Source: an uncultured delta proteobacterium
GTDB taxonomy: Bacteria > Myxococcota_A > Polyangia > Polyangiales > JAFGIB01
Direction of reading: 5' to 3'
Length of the DNA: 64,000 nt
NCBI GenBank assembly: GCA_963778655.1
Contig: CAVZVA010000010.1
Location: 1,600,001-1,664,000 of the forward strand
In this document: piece by piece, positions 21,390 to 30,655 of the stretch
Numbering within the stretch: position 1 is the first letter of the stretch
Layout: every line of letters begins with the position of its first letter
Notes under the pieces: generated by a model
Told to the model about the DNA's origin: nothing
Databases searched by the model: none
The model's input: only the letters and a program-made list of their open reading frames with translations
Translations under genes and position numbers: made by a program

Positions 21390-23429
21390 ATGCCGGTGAG
21401 AGAATGCGTCCCGATCGGTCCGTCGATCTCGATCTTCATCTTCGGCGTCGCCTTTCTTGCGGCTTGCGGTGGCGGCGGCGCCGGCACGGTGGCCGCCGGT
21501 AAAGGCGGCTCCAGCAACTCCGGCGGTGCCGGCAAGAGCTCCAAGCCCAAGATCGACGGCGGCACGAGCTCCGATGCGTCCAGCGGCGGCCAGCCCAGCG
21601 ACGGCGGATCGCCGATCATGGGCGCGGAAGACTCCGGCGCACCGGTCGAGGGCGCGCCGGACGTGGAGATCCTGGAGCCCGCGCCGGCCGCCGATCCCAA
21701 CGCGGACCCGATCATCACGACCAACATGGCGACGGTGCGCTGCAAGGTCACCAAGTCCCAGGTACCGGGAGCGCGTGACGTCAACCAGAGCACGGTCCGC
21801 ATCCTGCTGGCCAACCCGAAGGACGCGAACATGCCGACTGTCGGCACGCTCACTGCGCTCGCCGACAACACTTTCGAGGCGAAGTTCAACCTCAGCGAGC
21901 TCCCAAACGGGGCGCTGCACTTTTCCTGCGACGCGGCCGACGTCGGCTCGCCTCCGATTACCGGCTCCGCAGCCGTCGATAGCTTCCTCGACCTGGGGCC
22001 CTCGATCGACGTGATCGAGCCCAAACCGGGCAGCAACCACGCGCTGGGAACCCCCGTGCTGATCAAGTTCCAAATCACGCCGGACCCCGTCAGCAGCGAC
22101 GACATGCAGGCGACCCCCACCGAGATCGCGCTCGACGTCTCGGGCCAGGCGTTCGACTTCACCGAGGACTCGAGTCAACCGGGCCTGTTCACGGCCAATG
22201 TGCCCTTCAACGACAAGACGCTCTTTCCGATGGCGCCGACCTCGTCCGACATCACGGTCTCGGCCGCCAGCAGCCGCATGCCCGACGCGCCCACGCGCGT
22301 CCACAAGGTCCACATCAACCTCGATTCGGACGGCCCCACGATCGTGATCAACAAACCCGGGGACTTGCAGATCGTTCGCGGAGAGGTGGGCCTGGAGCTC
22401 AACATCACAGACGCTTCCGGGGTCGACCCGAGTACCGTCTTTGCCACCATCAACAGCAGCTTCACGCTGATGCCGTCGGACTGGACCGCGAACGGGAGCA
22501 CCTATACCGCGCAGTTCGACACGCTCGCCTTCGGCACCGACCTCACCGAGATCACGATCAACGTCAGCGCCAGCGACGTTGTCGGCAACCAGAACACGGT
22601 GTCCCTGGTGCTCCGTCTGGACAACCGCCCCCCGATCATGAGCCTCGACCCGCCGCCGATCCGCGAATACAACCAAAGCGGCGTATGCAGCGACCCCTTC
22701 GACCCGGTCGGGGCCGACGCGACCAACGACGGAGACACGGTTCTGGACGCGTCGCTCTATCGCTTGCTGATCTGGGATGAGACCAATCACGTCCCCGGAG
22801 AGACCTACTCGTACATCGCCGGGGTCGAGCCGACCACGGTCAAGCTCTTCGTGCAGCAGCCGTCGAAGCCGTTCCTGATCGACACCGACGGCGACGGGGT
22901 TTGCGACGACATCGCCAAGTGGAACGACAACAAGGGGCCCGACGCGCCGGTGCACGTCGACCTCGTGGGGCTCAACATCCGTGGGATGTCGTTCTACGAT
23001 CACGCGGCCGACTTCAGCGATCCGGCGAACCTCGCCCCTGATTGCATGCTCAACCCGGGGACCCCCGTGCCCCCCATGCCGCTCTGCCCGGTCACGCCGA
23101 TGACGCGCATCGTCGCGGGGCCGAGCGACGACGCGCCCAAGGCGGTCTACGCCTTCGGCCAGCCGACCAACAGCAACCTGGGCCCATGCGCAGGCGAGGG
23201 CTGGGATGTCTACGGGGCCATGGGCAACACCGAAGGCTGGCTCTGCCTGGCGGCTCGCGCCGAAGACAAGATCGGCAACGTCGGCATCTCGCCGCCGCTG
23301 CGCGTTTGCGTGACCCACGGCACCGACGCGCCAACCTGCAATCCGTCCACCGATACCTGGCCCACGTGCACCGACAACTGCACCCCGCCGCCCAACATCG
23401 CCAGGGATCAACAGCTGTTGGCGCGGTGA
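21390..23429 (+). CDS. Lipoprotein with tandem Ig-like domains and Cys-rich C-terminus
   Basis: Lipobox FLAAC; GPSIDVIEP, GPTIVINKP, ITDASGVD, SASDVVGN (Big-like); DTDGDGVCDD Ca-binding-like loop. Confidence 0.7.
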   Translation: MPVRECVPIGPSISIFIFGVAFLAACGGGGAGTVAAGKGGSSNSGGAGKSSKPKIDGGTSSDASSGGQPSDGGSPIMGAEDSGAPVEGAPDVEILEPAPAADPNADPIITTNMATVRCKVTKSQVPGARDVNQSTVRILLANPKDANMPTVGTLTALADNTFEAKFNLSELPNGALHFSCDAADVGSPPITGSAAVDSFLDLGPSIDVIEPKPGSNHALGTPVLIKFQITPDPVSSDDMQATPTEIALDVSGQAFDFTEDSSQPGLFTANVPFNDKTLFPMAPTSSDITVSAASSRMPDAPTRVHKVHINLDSDGPTIVINKPGDLQIVRGEVGLELNITDASGVDPSTVFATINSSFTLMPSDWTANGSTYTAQFDTLAFGTDLTEITINVSASDVVGNQNTVSLVLRLDNRPPIMSLDPPPIREYNQSGVCSDPFDPVGADATNDGDTVLDASLYRLLIWDETNHVPGETYSYIAGVEPTTVKLFVQQPSKPFLIDTDGDGVCDDIAKWNDNKGPDAPVHVDLVGLNIRGMSFYDHAADFSDPANLAPDCMLNPGTPVPPMPLCPVTPMTRIVAGPSDDAPKAVYAFGQPTNSNLGPCAGEGWDVYGAMGNTEGWLCLAARAEDKIGNVGISPPLRVCVTHGTDAPTCNPSTDTWPTCTDNCTPPPNIARDQQLLAR

Positions 23430-23510
23430 TTTGGCGAAATTCCGCATGACCCGGCTGGCCGGGTGGTCCCCACTATGGGTGCGGTGGCCCACGCCGCCGG
23501 AGTCCCGACC

Positions 23511-24812
23511 ATGCGACGACGCGCTTTCTTGGCAGCTCTTGGCGCCTCCGCTCTCGCACCCGTCCTGTGCCGCAAGAGCGCGCTCGGCCTGCCCGTTGCG
23601 CGCGCGCAAAGCGCCCCGCCCCCGCCCGCCAAGCGGCTGGTGATCTTCTTCTCGCCCAACGGAACGGTACCCAATCGTTACTGGCCGGACGGAGAGGGCG
23701 CCAGCTTCACCTTCGCGCCCGGCTCGATCCTGGAGCCGCTCAGCGTGGTGCAGCCGCGGCTGCTGCTGCTCTCCGGGATCGACTTCAAGGGCGTCGCGAA
23801 CCACGAGGGTGGCATGGAGAACATGCTCACCGGCGGCGGCGCCTCCACCCCGAGCCAGGGCCAATCGGTCGACCAGTACATCGCGAGCAAGCTGCCTGCC
23901 GACACGCCCTACGCCTCGCTCGAGCTCGGGGTGGAGACCGACGCCTGGGGCGGCACCGTGCAGACGCGCATGCTCTACGCGCCCGGTCACACCTTCGTCC
24001 ACCCCGACCAGGACCCGGTCAGCGTGTACAAGCGCCTGTTCGGCGGCCAGGACAGCTCGATGTCGATGCCCCAGCTCGACGCCGCCATGCAAAAGAAGCA
24101 GAGCGTGCTCGACTTGCTGCGCGGCGAGCTCACGGACCTGCGCGACAAGGTGGGCGCCGAGGAGCAGAACAAGCTCGACGCGCACCTGGATGCGCTGCGG
24201 CGCATGGAGACCTCGCTGCTCGGCCCCGCGCAGAGCAACGGCTGCGTGGCGCCCGCGGCGCCGATGCAGCTCGACCCCAACGCGCACCCCAACTTCGACA
24301 AGATTACGCGCAGCCAGACCGATCTGATGGTCAGCGCGCTCGGCTGTGGGCTCACGCGCGTGGCCACGCTGCAGCTTTCCCACACCGTGGGCCCGCACGT
24401 GTTCTCGTGGCTCGGATTGCAAGAAGGCCATCACACGCTCTCGCACTCCGACGACACCAACACCGACGGCGTCGCGCAGTACGTCAAGGCCGAGCGCTGG
24501 ATCGCCGAGCAGTTCGCATACCTGGTGCAGCAGCTCGACGCGCTGCCGGAGCCCGGCGCCGACGGCAGCATGCTCGATCACACGCTGCTGGTGTGGGCCA
24601 AGGAGCTGGCGGACGGCCGCCTGCACAACTGCGAGTCGGTGCCGTTCGTGCTGGCCGGCGCGACCGGCTTCCTCACGACCGGCCGCTATCTCAAGCTCGG
24701 CGGCGAGCCGCACCAGAAGCTGCTGGTCTCGCTGTGCCAGGGCATGGGCCTCGATAACGCGACCTTCGGCGATCCGTCGGTGGGCCAGGGGCCGCTCGAG
24801 GGGCTGTCGTGA
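23511..24812 (+). CDS. DUF1552 (HXXSHH) family protein, Tat-exported
   Basis: MRRRAFLAALG Tat signal; KRLVIFFSPNGT, SVDQYIA, SLELGV, KLDAHLDALR, GHHTLSH, MLDHTLLVW. Confidence 0.92.
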   Translation: MRRRAFLAALGASALAPVLCRKSALGLPVARAQSAPPPPAKRLVIFFSPNGTVPNRYWPDGEGASFTFAPGSILEPLSVVQPRLLLLSGIDFKGVANHEGGMENMLTGGGASTPSQGQSVDQYIASKLPADTPYASLELGVETDAWGGTVQTRMLYAPGHTFVHPDQDPVSVYKRLFGGQDSSMSMPQLDAAMQKKQSVLDLLRGELTDLRDKVGAEEQNKLDAHLDALRRMETSLLGPAQSNGCVAPAAPMQLDPNAHPNFDKITRSQTDLMVSALGCGLTRVATLQLSHTVGPHVFSWLGLQEGHHTLSHSDDTNTDGVAQYVKAERWIAEQFAYLVQQLDALPEPGADGSMLDHTLLVWAKELADGRLHNCESVPFVLAGATGFLTTGRYLKLGGEPHQKLLVSLCQGMGLDNATFGDPSVGQGPLEGLS

Positions 24813-26851
24813 CGCGCGCGGCGCGGCTCGCGGCGCGCCTTCTGCCCTGGGCCTGCCTGCTGTCGTTGTCCTGTCAGGGCAAGCCGGCCAGCCACGTGAT
24901 CGTGCCCGGCGGCAAGTCCGGCGCGCCCGCCAGCGCGAGCGCGGCCGCCGCCGCGGCCACCTGCGTCGACCCCACCCGCACCGGGCCGCGTATGCTGCGG
25001 CGGCTGTCGCGCTTCGAGTACGACAACACGATCGAGGACTTGCTGGGCGTGCGGCCCGACGCCGAGAAGAGCTTCGCGGCCGACACCGTGGTCAACGGCT
25101 TCGACGACAACGCCAAAGCGCTGCGCGTCACGCCGCTGCTCGGCGACCAGCTCTACACCTCGGCCGAGCAACTCGCGGCCCAGGCCGTACAGAAGCTGGA
25201 CCAGCTCGCCCCCTGCGCCGCCAAGGGCGGCGACCAGAGCTGCGCCGAGCAGCTGATCCGAGGCTTCGGCCGGCGGCTGTTCCGGCGCCCGCCGACCGAC
25301 GTCGAGGTCGCCCGCTACCTCGATCTGTACGCGCTGGGCAGCGCGGACGGCGGCTTCAGCGCGGGCGTGCAGCTGGTGCTGACCGCGCTGCTGCAGTCGC
25401 CGAGCTTCCTCTACCGCACCGAGCTCGGCAGCCAGGTGCAGCCGGGACGCTACGCGCTATCCCAATACGAGCTGGCGACCGAGCTTTCGTACACGCTGAC
25501 GGGCTCGACCCCGGACGACGCCCTGCTCGACGCCGCCGACAAGGGCGAGCTGGCGAGCCCCGAGCAGCTCGATGCGCAGGCTGCGCGCCTGATCGACAGC
25601 CCGCGCGGCCATCAGCAGCTGGAGCGCTTCGTGCGCGAGTGGCTGGGCCTGGACGTGCTCGGCTCGGTGCCCAAGGACGCCCAGATCTTCCCCGAGTGGA
25701 CGCCCGAGATCCGCGCCGCGATGGCCAGCGAGGTCGACCACTTCGTGGAGCACGTCGCGTTCGAGGGCGACGGCACGCTGGCGCAGCTGCTCACCGCCAA
25801 GCTCGCCTTCGTGAACCCGGCGCTGGCGAGCTTCTACGGCGTGCCGATGCCCGCGAGCCCCGGCGCCGACGGCTTCGGCGCGGTGCCGTCGCCCGACCCG
25901 CAGCGCAGCGGCGTGCTCGCGCTCGGCGGCGTGCTCACCACCTACGCGCGCCCGGACAGCTCCTCGCCGGTGGTGCGCGGCAAGCTGGTGCGCGAGCGGC
26001 TGCTGTGCCAGCCGCTGCAGCCGCCCCCGCCCGGGCTGGTGGTGCAGCCGCCGCCGGTCGACCCCAGCCTGACCGTGCGCCAGCGCTTCGCCGCGCACTC
26101 GGTCAAGGAGCCGTGCAAGAGCTGCCATAGCCTGATCGACCCGATCGGCTACGCGTTCGAGCACTTCGACGGTGTGGGCCGCTTCCGCACGCAGGACGGC
26201 GGCCACCCGATCGACGCCAGCGGCCAGATCATCGACAGCGTGTCGACCGACTCCACGTTCGACGGCGTGCCGCAGCTCGCCGACGTGCTGGCGCACAGCG
26301 AGGAGGTGACGCGCTGTGTGGCGCTGCAGTGGTTCCGCTTCGCCTACGGTCGCAGCGAGGACGACGCGCTGGCCTGCGAGCTGGCGCAGATCCAACAGAG
26401 CTTCGTCGACTCGGGCGGCAACCTGCGCGACATGGTGCTGGCCGCCATCCACACCCTGCACTTCACCACGCGCAGCCAAGATCCGAGCGACGTGGGCACG
26501 CCGCCGCCCGCTTCCGCCGCCTTGCCCGACGCGGGCGCGGGCTCGCTGTCCGATCCGTCCGCCGCGGGCGCAGGCGCCACGCAGCCGGCGGGCCCCGAGA
26601 CCCCGTACATGGTGCACACCGACTCCAGCTGGCAGAGCGGCCACTGCGACTCGGTCACGGTGCAGAACCCCGGCAGCGATGTGCTCGACTGGAGCGTGAA
26701 GCTCACCCTCGACGGCAAGCTCACCGACCACTGGAGCTCGGTCGCCGACGGCGACAGCGGCGAGGTCACCTTCACCGGCGCCGACTGGAACAAGAGCGTC
26801 GCCCCGGGCCAGACCGCCCAGTTCGGCTACTGCGTCTCGACCGCGGGCTGA
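24809..26851 (+). CDS. DUF1592/DUF1588-type CxxCH lipoprotein with C-terminal CBM2-like carbohydrate-binding module
   Basis: Lipobox LSLSC; LRRLSRFEYDNTIEDLLG, LQSPSFLYRTE, SSPVVRG, CKSCH; tail SSWQSGHCDSVTVQN..DWSV..HWSS..ADWNKSVAPGQTAQFGYC fits the CBM2 Trp/Cys pattern. Confidence 0.9.
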   Translation: MTRAARLAARLLPWACLLSLSCQGKPASHVIVPGGKSGAPASASAAAAAATCVDPTRTGPRMLRRLSRFEYDNTIEDLLGVRPDAEKSFAADTVVNGFDDNAKALRVTPLLGDQLYTSAEQLAAQAVQKLDQLAPCAAKGGDQSCAEQLIRGFGRRLFRRPPTDVEVARYLDLYALGSADGGFSAGVQLVLTALLQSPSFLYRTELGSQVQPGRYALSQYELATELSYTLTGSTPDDALLDAADKGELASPEQLDAQAARLIDSPRGHQQLERFVREWLGLDVLGSVPKDAQIFPEWTPEIRAAMASEVDHFVEHVAFEGDGTLAQLLTAKLAFVNPALASFYGVPMPASPGADGFGAVPSPDPQRSGVLALGGVLTTYARPDSSSPVVRGKLVRERLLCQPLQPPPPGLVVQPPPVDPSLTVRQRFAAHSVKEPCKSCHSLIDPIGYAFEHFDGVGRFRTQDGGHPIDASGQIIDSVSTDSTFDGVPQLADVLAHSEEVTRCVALQWFRFAYGRSEDDALACELAQIQQSFVDSGGNLRDMVLAAIHTLHFTTRSQDPSDVGTPPPASAALPDAGAGSLSDPSAAGAGATQPAGPETPYMVHTDSSWQSGHCDSVTVQNPGSDVLDWSVKLTLDGKLTDHWSSVADGDSGEVTFTGADWNKSVAPGQTAQFGYCVSTAG

Positions 26852-27133
26852 GGTGATGCCTTGCTGCGCATGCAGGGCACTGCAGGCGCGGGTAGGTGCA
26901 AGGACGACTGATCGAGCCTGGCAGCGCCGGACATGTGCCAGCCGGGCGCAGTGGCGGCTATGATCTGGTGCAGCGTCGGCGAGATGGGATCAAGGGATCG
27001 TGAGTGAGGTGGGCCCGAGCGCAAGGCGCCGCAGCGCAGTGCTGATCGCAGCGCTGGGACGCGGCCGGAGCGTCCAGGCGGCGGCGAAAGGTGCGGCGTC
27101 GCACCGCCGGGGTCGACGCCGGGAGAGCGAAGC

Positions 27134-28717
27134 ATGAGGGCATTCATCCTTGGCATGGCGTTCCTGCTGGCCTGCGGCTGCGGATCTGGGCGCGGCAGCG
27201 CCGATGGTGGGACGAGCTGGCTCGGCCAGTGCAGCTCGAGCGACGACTGCGGCGACGGGCTGGACTGCACCTGCGGGATCTGCACCAAGTCGTGCCAGAG
27301 CAGCGACGAGTGCGATTCGCGCTCGGGGCACGACGCGGTCTGCAGCGATCCGGCAGGCCTCGACCTGGCGGCTGACTGCGAGCCCGCCGCGAGCAAGGCA
27401 GCCTCGCAGATGGTCTGCCTGCAGTCGTGCGTCGCCGGTCCACAGTGCGGCGCGCGCCAGCGCTGCGTGGACGGCGTGTGCGTGGGCACGCCGATTCCCG
27501 GCTCGTCGGTCGCGGTCGACTCGGGGCTGGCCGATGCCGCAGGCGTGGATGCGGCGGTCGTTCAGAGCGCGGACGCGGGCCAGCCCGACGCGTCCACGCC
27601 CGTGCGGCACGACGCCGGCAGCACGGTCCCGCCCGGGCCAACGCCGGACGACGACGGCGGTGGGTCCGCGGGGTGCCAGCCGGGCGATTGCTCCGGCGCT
27701 CTCGTCTGCCACCTGAACGGGGTCTGTGCGGCCCCGGGCGCCTCGGACGGCCATATGGTGGTGACGCTCGCGGAGGTGACGGACCGCGACCTCGTGGTCA
27801 CGGCGGATGCGCAGTTCGTCTATGGAGTCGAGTACACCACGGGCGACCAATACCAAGAGGGGCCCGCGATGCTGATGCGCTGGCCAGTTGCGGGGGGACC
27901 CGGCGAGCCGATGGCACAGGGCGCAAGCTTCGTGTTCCCGCGCTCGAGCGTGGAACGCCCCCCGCTGCCGCTAGTGGTCGACCAGGATCACCTGTATTTC
28001 GTGGCGGCCACCGCCGCGAGCGAGCTGAGCGCCTCGCTCTTCGGCATGCCCAAGGACGATTCGGAGCCGCCGACGCGCTACGGCACGGCGGGCAGCTCGC
28101 TGGCCCAGGACCAGGATCGGCTCTACTTCGCCAATGACGGCGATTCGCGCGTGCTGCGCGCGCAGAAGAGCATGCTCGACATGCCGGCGGCACGCGAGCA
28201 GATCTTCGACTCGGCTTCGGATGCGCCGGGCTCGATCGTGGCGCTCGCCGTCAACACAGCATCCGTGTTCGTCACCGAGGTGCCCCCTCACGTGTCGAGC
28301 CCCGCGACGGTGTTCACGATCCAGCGCGTCGACAAGAGCTCGACCATGGCCACGGTGCTCGCCACCAGCGACAAGCTCACCACGCCCGCCGCCCAGACCT
28401 TCGCGGACGACGACTACTTCGTGATGGTCGGGCTCGACGCCGATCGGATCGATCTAGCGACGCTCGAGGTCAAACCCTTGCCCGGCGGCAACTTCGCCGC
28501 GCTGGCCGGCGGTGATCTGGCGGCCGCGCCCGGCTATCGCACGGACGACGGCGGCTGCTTCGCCGTGCAGCTCGCGAGCGCGACGCGCACCGATCTCTTA
28601 ACCGACTACCCGTTCTACGTCACCTCGCTTGCAGCCGTGCCCGGGACGCTGTTCGCGATCCTCACACCGAACGTCAACGACAGCGCGCGATACCTGGCCC
28701 GCGTCACGCTGCCCTGA
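27134..28717 (+). CDS. Cys-rich lipoprotein with probable beta-propeller
   Basis: Lipobox LLAC; CSSSDDCGDGLDCTCGICTKSC repeats; blade-like LVVDQDHLYF, LAQDQDRLYF, LAVNTASVFV. Confidence 0.7.
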   Translation: MRAFILGMAFLLACGCGSGRGSADGGTSWLGQCSSSDDCGDGLDCTCGICTKSCQSSDECDSRSGHDAVCSDPAGLDLAADCEPAASKAASQMVCLQSCVAGPQCGARQRCVDGVCVGTPIPGSSVAVDSGLADAAGVDAAVVQSADAGQPDASTPVRHDAGSTVPPGPTPDDDGGGSAGCQPGDCSGALVCHLNGVCAAPGASDGHMVVTLAEVTDRDLVVTADAQFVYGVEYTTGDQYQEGPAMLMRWPVAGGPGEPMAQGASFVFPRSSVERPPLPLVVDQDHLYFVAATAASELSASLFGMPKDDSEPPTRYGTAGSSLAQDQDRLYFANDGDSRVLRAQKSMLDMPAAREQIFDSASDAPGSIVALAVNTASVFVTEVPPHVSSPATVFTIQRVDKSSTMATVLATSDKLTTPAAQTFADDDYFVMVGLDADRIDLATLEVKPLPGGNFAALAGGDLAAAPGYRTDDGGCFAVQLASATRTDLLTDYPFYVTSLAAVPGTLFAILTPNVNDSARYLARVTLP

Positions 28718-28719
28718 AT

Positions 28720-28983
28720 GACCGATCACGATCCGGGAACGGCCATGCCGATCGGTCCTTTAGCGGTGCGGCGGATGCCGCGGCACCGCGAGAGGGTGAA
28801 TGCGCGAGGCTTTGCCTCGCACACAGGGAGTCGGCGCGACTCCCTGACAAGCAAAGCAGAAATCAGAGTTTGTGCTTCGATCCCGAATCGCGAGCTCTGA
28901 TCTGGAGCACCGAACAGGTTGAGCGCCTATGATTTCCTTCGTCTTTCCCCACATGCGCGGCTTTTCGGGCCGTCCCGTGCTCC
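28720..28983. other. Hairpin-dense intergenic element (candidate ncRNA or REP/MITE-like element)
   Basis: Six consecutive stems: 28720-27/28750-57, 28763-69/28783-89, 28804-10/28814-20, 28824-33/28837-46, 28862-74/28889-901, 28904-10/28977-83. Confidence 0.6.
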
Positions 28984-29075
28984 TTGAAAGGGGACCTACC
29001 CTTCCTGCGTCGCACGAAACGCCCTGAAGAGCGCTGTCCTGCGCGATCGTCCGCCGCAAAAGGGCGAAACCCAAC

Positions 29076-29834
29076 TCAGAAGCGCGCGCGAACACGCACG
29101 CCCGCGCGCGCACCCGATCTACCCGCGGGGCTCGCGGCCGCCTCGTCCCACTTGATCCGGAGCAGCTCCTGCTCGAGGTAGTCGCGGCGCAGCGCGAGCT
29201 CCGCGCGGTCGTGCTGCTTGCGTTCCAGCCACACCAGGCTGGCGGTGCCGGTGGTGGTGCCCGCCACCACGAACCAACCCGGCCAGGCCGGCGCCGAGCA
29301 GCTGTGGCCGCACAGCCCGTAGCCGAGCCCGACCGACAGCCCCGCCAGCAGGATCGCCGCGCTGGCGGAGGTAGCCAGCCAAGGCAGCAGTAAGCTGCTG
29401 CCCGCGCGCTCGCGTTCGACCCGCGCCAGCGCCGCGCGCAAATCCTGCTTGCGCTTGGCGCGCTCGAGCGCCTCCGTGGATTCGACCTGCGCGTTGGTCG
29501 CGCCCACACCGTCTTCGCTGTCCAGAGGCGGCGTGCTGGTAGCGCCGGCGCTCGTCTGCGCGGGCGCGGTGGGCGCTGCGCTCGCTTGGGCCGGTTGCGC
29601 GGGTGCGACCGCTGCGCCCGCAGCCGCGGGCCGCGCGCGGGCCGCGTCCGCTCCCGACTGCTGCACCGGCTTGGTCGCCGGAGTCGGCGGCTGCGCCGCT
29701 GCGTCCTGCGTCGCCGGCTGGGCCGCTGCGCCCGACTCGGCCGCGCCCTGCTGCGCGCGCGCGGACGTGGTCCACGCCGCCAGCAGCCACGCCGCCGCCG
29801 CCCAGGCGAGCCGCCGATCGACGCGAGCCTCCAT
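29076..29834 (-). CDS. Exported hypothetical protein
   Basis: Signal peptide ending ARA, Ala/Pro linker, two hydrophobic segments, C-terminal beta-signal-like GVRVRARF. Confidence 0.65.
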   Translation of the reverse strand: MEARVDRRLAWAAAAWLLAAWTTSARAQQGAAESGAAAQPATQDAAAQPPTPATKPVQQSGADAARARPAAAGAAVAPAQPAQASAAPTAPAQTSAGATSTPPLDSEDGVGATNAQVESTEALERAKRKQDLRAALARVERERAGSSLLLPWLATSASAAILLAGLSVGLGYGLCGHSCSAPAWPGWFVVAGTTTGTASLVWLERKQHDRAELALRRDYLEQELLRIKWDEAAASPAGRSGARAGVRVRARF

Positions 29835-29881
29835 CGCCGCCGAGCGTACACCAACTCGCACGGGGCTTCACCGCGCAGCCG

Positions 29882-30541
29882 TCAGGCTCGATCCGCCAGC
29901 AGCGCGGCCAGCCGCCTGCGAAAATCGGCCGCGCCTTCTGCGCCGGGCGCGTCGCCGGAGGCGTAGCGGATCTGCTCGCCGAAGATCGCGTCGCCGAGCA
30001 GCGCGAGCGCGCCGAGCTGGATGCGAAAGCGGCTGTCCTCGAGCGTGATCCCGTGCTCCGGGTGCGCGCGCACGCGCTGCGCGTGAGAGAGCTCGATCAG
30101 CGGTTGCAGCAGCGGCGTCGCGCCCGGCTTGCGCCGCGTCCTCTTCGCGCGACCCGAGAGGATCAGCCACGCGATCAGGCGGGCGTGGCCTTCCGAGCCG
30201 TAGAACTGCGCCAGCATGTCGAGAATGGCTTCGCGCCCGCCGGCTTCGCGGCCGGCGATGCGCTCGGCCAGCCGCGCGTTCAGGCGCGCGGTCGCGCGTG
30301 CGATCACGGCCACGATCAGCTCCTCGCGGCTGCCGAAGTGGTGCAGGATCGCCGGGTGCGATACGCCGAGCTCGTGCGCCAGCTCGGTCAGGCGCAGGCC
30401 TTCCGGACCGACCTCGGCCAGCCTGCGCTCGGCCGCCTCCAGGATGCGCGCGCGCGCCTGCTCTGCGGTCAGCCGCTTGCGCGCGCGTGCTCCAGGGCGG
30501 GCGCGCGTGTGCTTGGGCGGCTCGGGGCTGCGCGTGGTCAT
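29882..30541 (-). CDS. TetR/AcrR family transcriptional regulator
   Basis: ARILEAAERRLAEVGPEGLRLTELAHELGVSHPAILHHFGSREEL helix-turn-helix. Confidence 0.93.
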   Translation of the reverse strand: MTTRSPEPPKHTRARPGARARKRLTAEQARARILEAAERRLAEVGPEGLRLTELAHELGVSHPAILHHFGSREELIVAVIARATARLNARLAERIAGREAGGREAILDMLAQFYGSEGHARLIAWLILSGRAKRTRRKPGATPLLQPLIELSHAQRVRAHPEHGITLEDSRFRIQLGALALLGDAIFGEQIRYASGDAPGAEGAADFRRRLAALLADRA

Positions 30542-30571
30542 GGCGCTCGGAGCGCGGGGGCGGGCTGTTGC

Positions 30572-30610
30572 TTGACCCGGCGCTCAGCATTACTTACAGT
30601 CCAGTAAGTA
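30572..30610 (+). promoter_or_regulatory. Sigma70-type promoter overlapped by a putative TetR operator
   Basis: TTGACC(30572)-17 bp-TACAGT(30595); perfect inverted repeat TACTTAC-N6-GTAAGTA (30591-30610) covers the -10 box. Confidence 0.8.
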
Positions 30611-30655
30611 GCAAGCCCCGGCTCTCGGGCAAAGCAGCGCGGCGCTCGCGCACGG

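Noticed and set aside
20664..24713. Very long alternative ORFs (also 41084..44557, 37625..40609, 52689..55640, 7092..9548)
   Set aside because: Antisense or off-frame shadows of well-supported genes; Arg/Ala-rich with no motifs, as expected at this GC content.
28930..29020. Group II intron or RNase P remnant (minus-strand GTGCGACG, AGCCGCGCATGTGGGGAAAG)
   Set aside because: No complete domain V hairpin, no RT gene, and no RNase P GAGGAAAGTCC or 3' consensus.
29005..29075. Hammerhead ribozyme suggested by CTGAAGAG...CGAAAC
   Set aside because: The neat stem GCGC/GCGC is followed by GATC, not GAAA, and I could not build stems I and III around any UH site.
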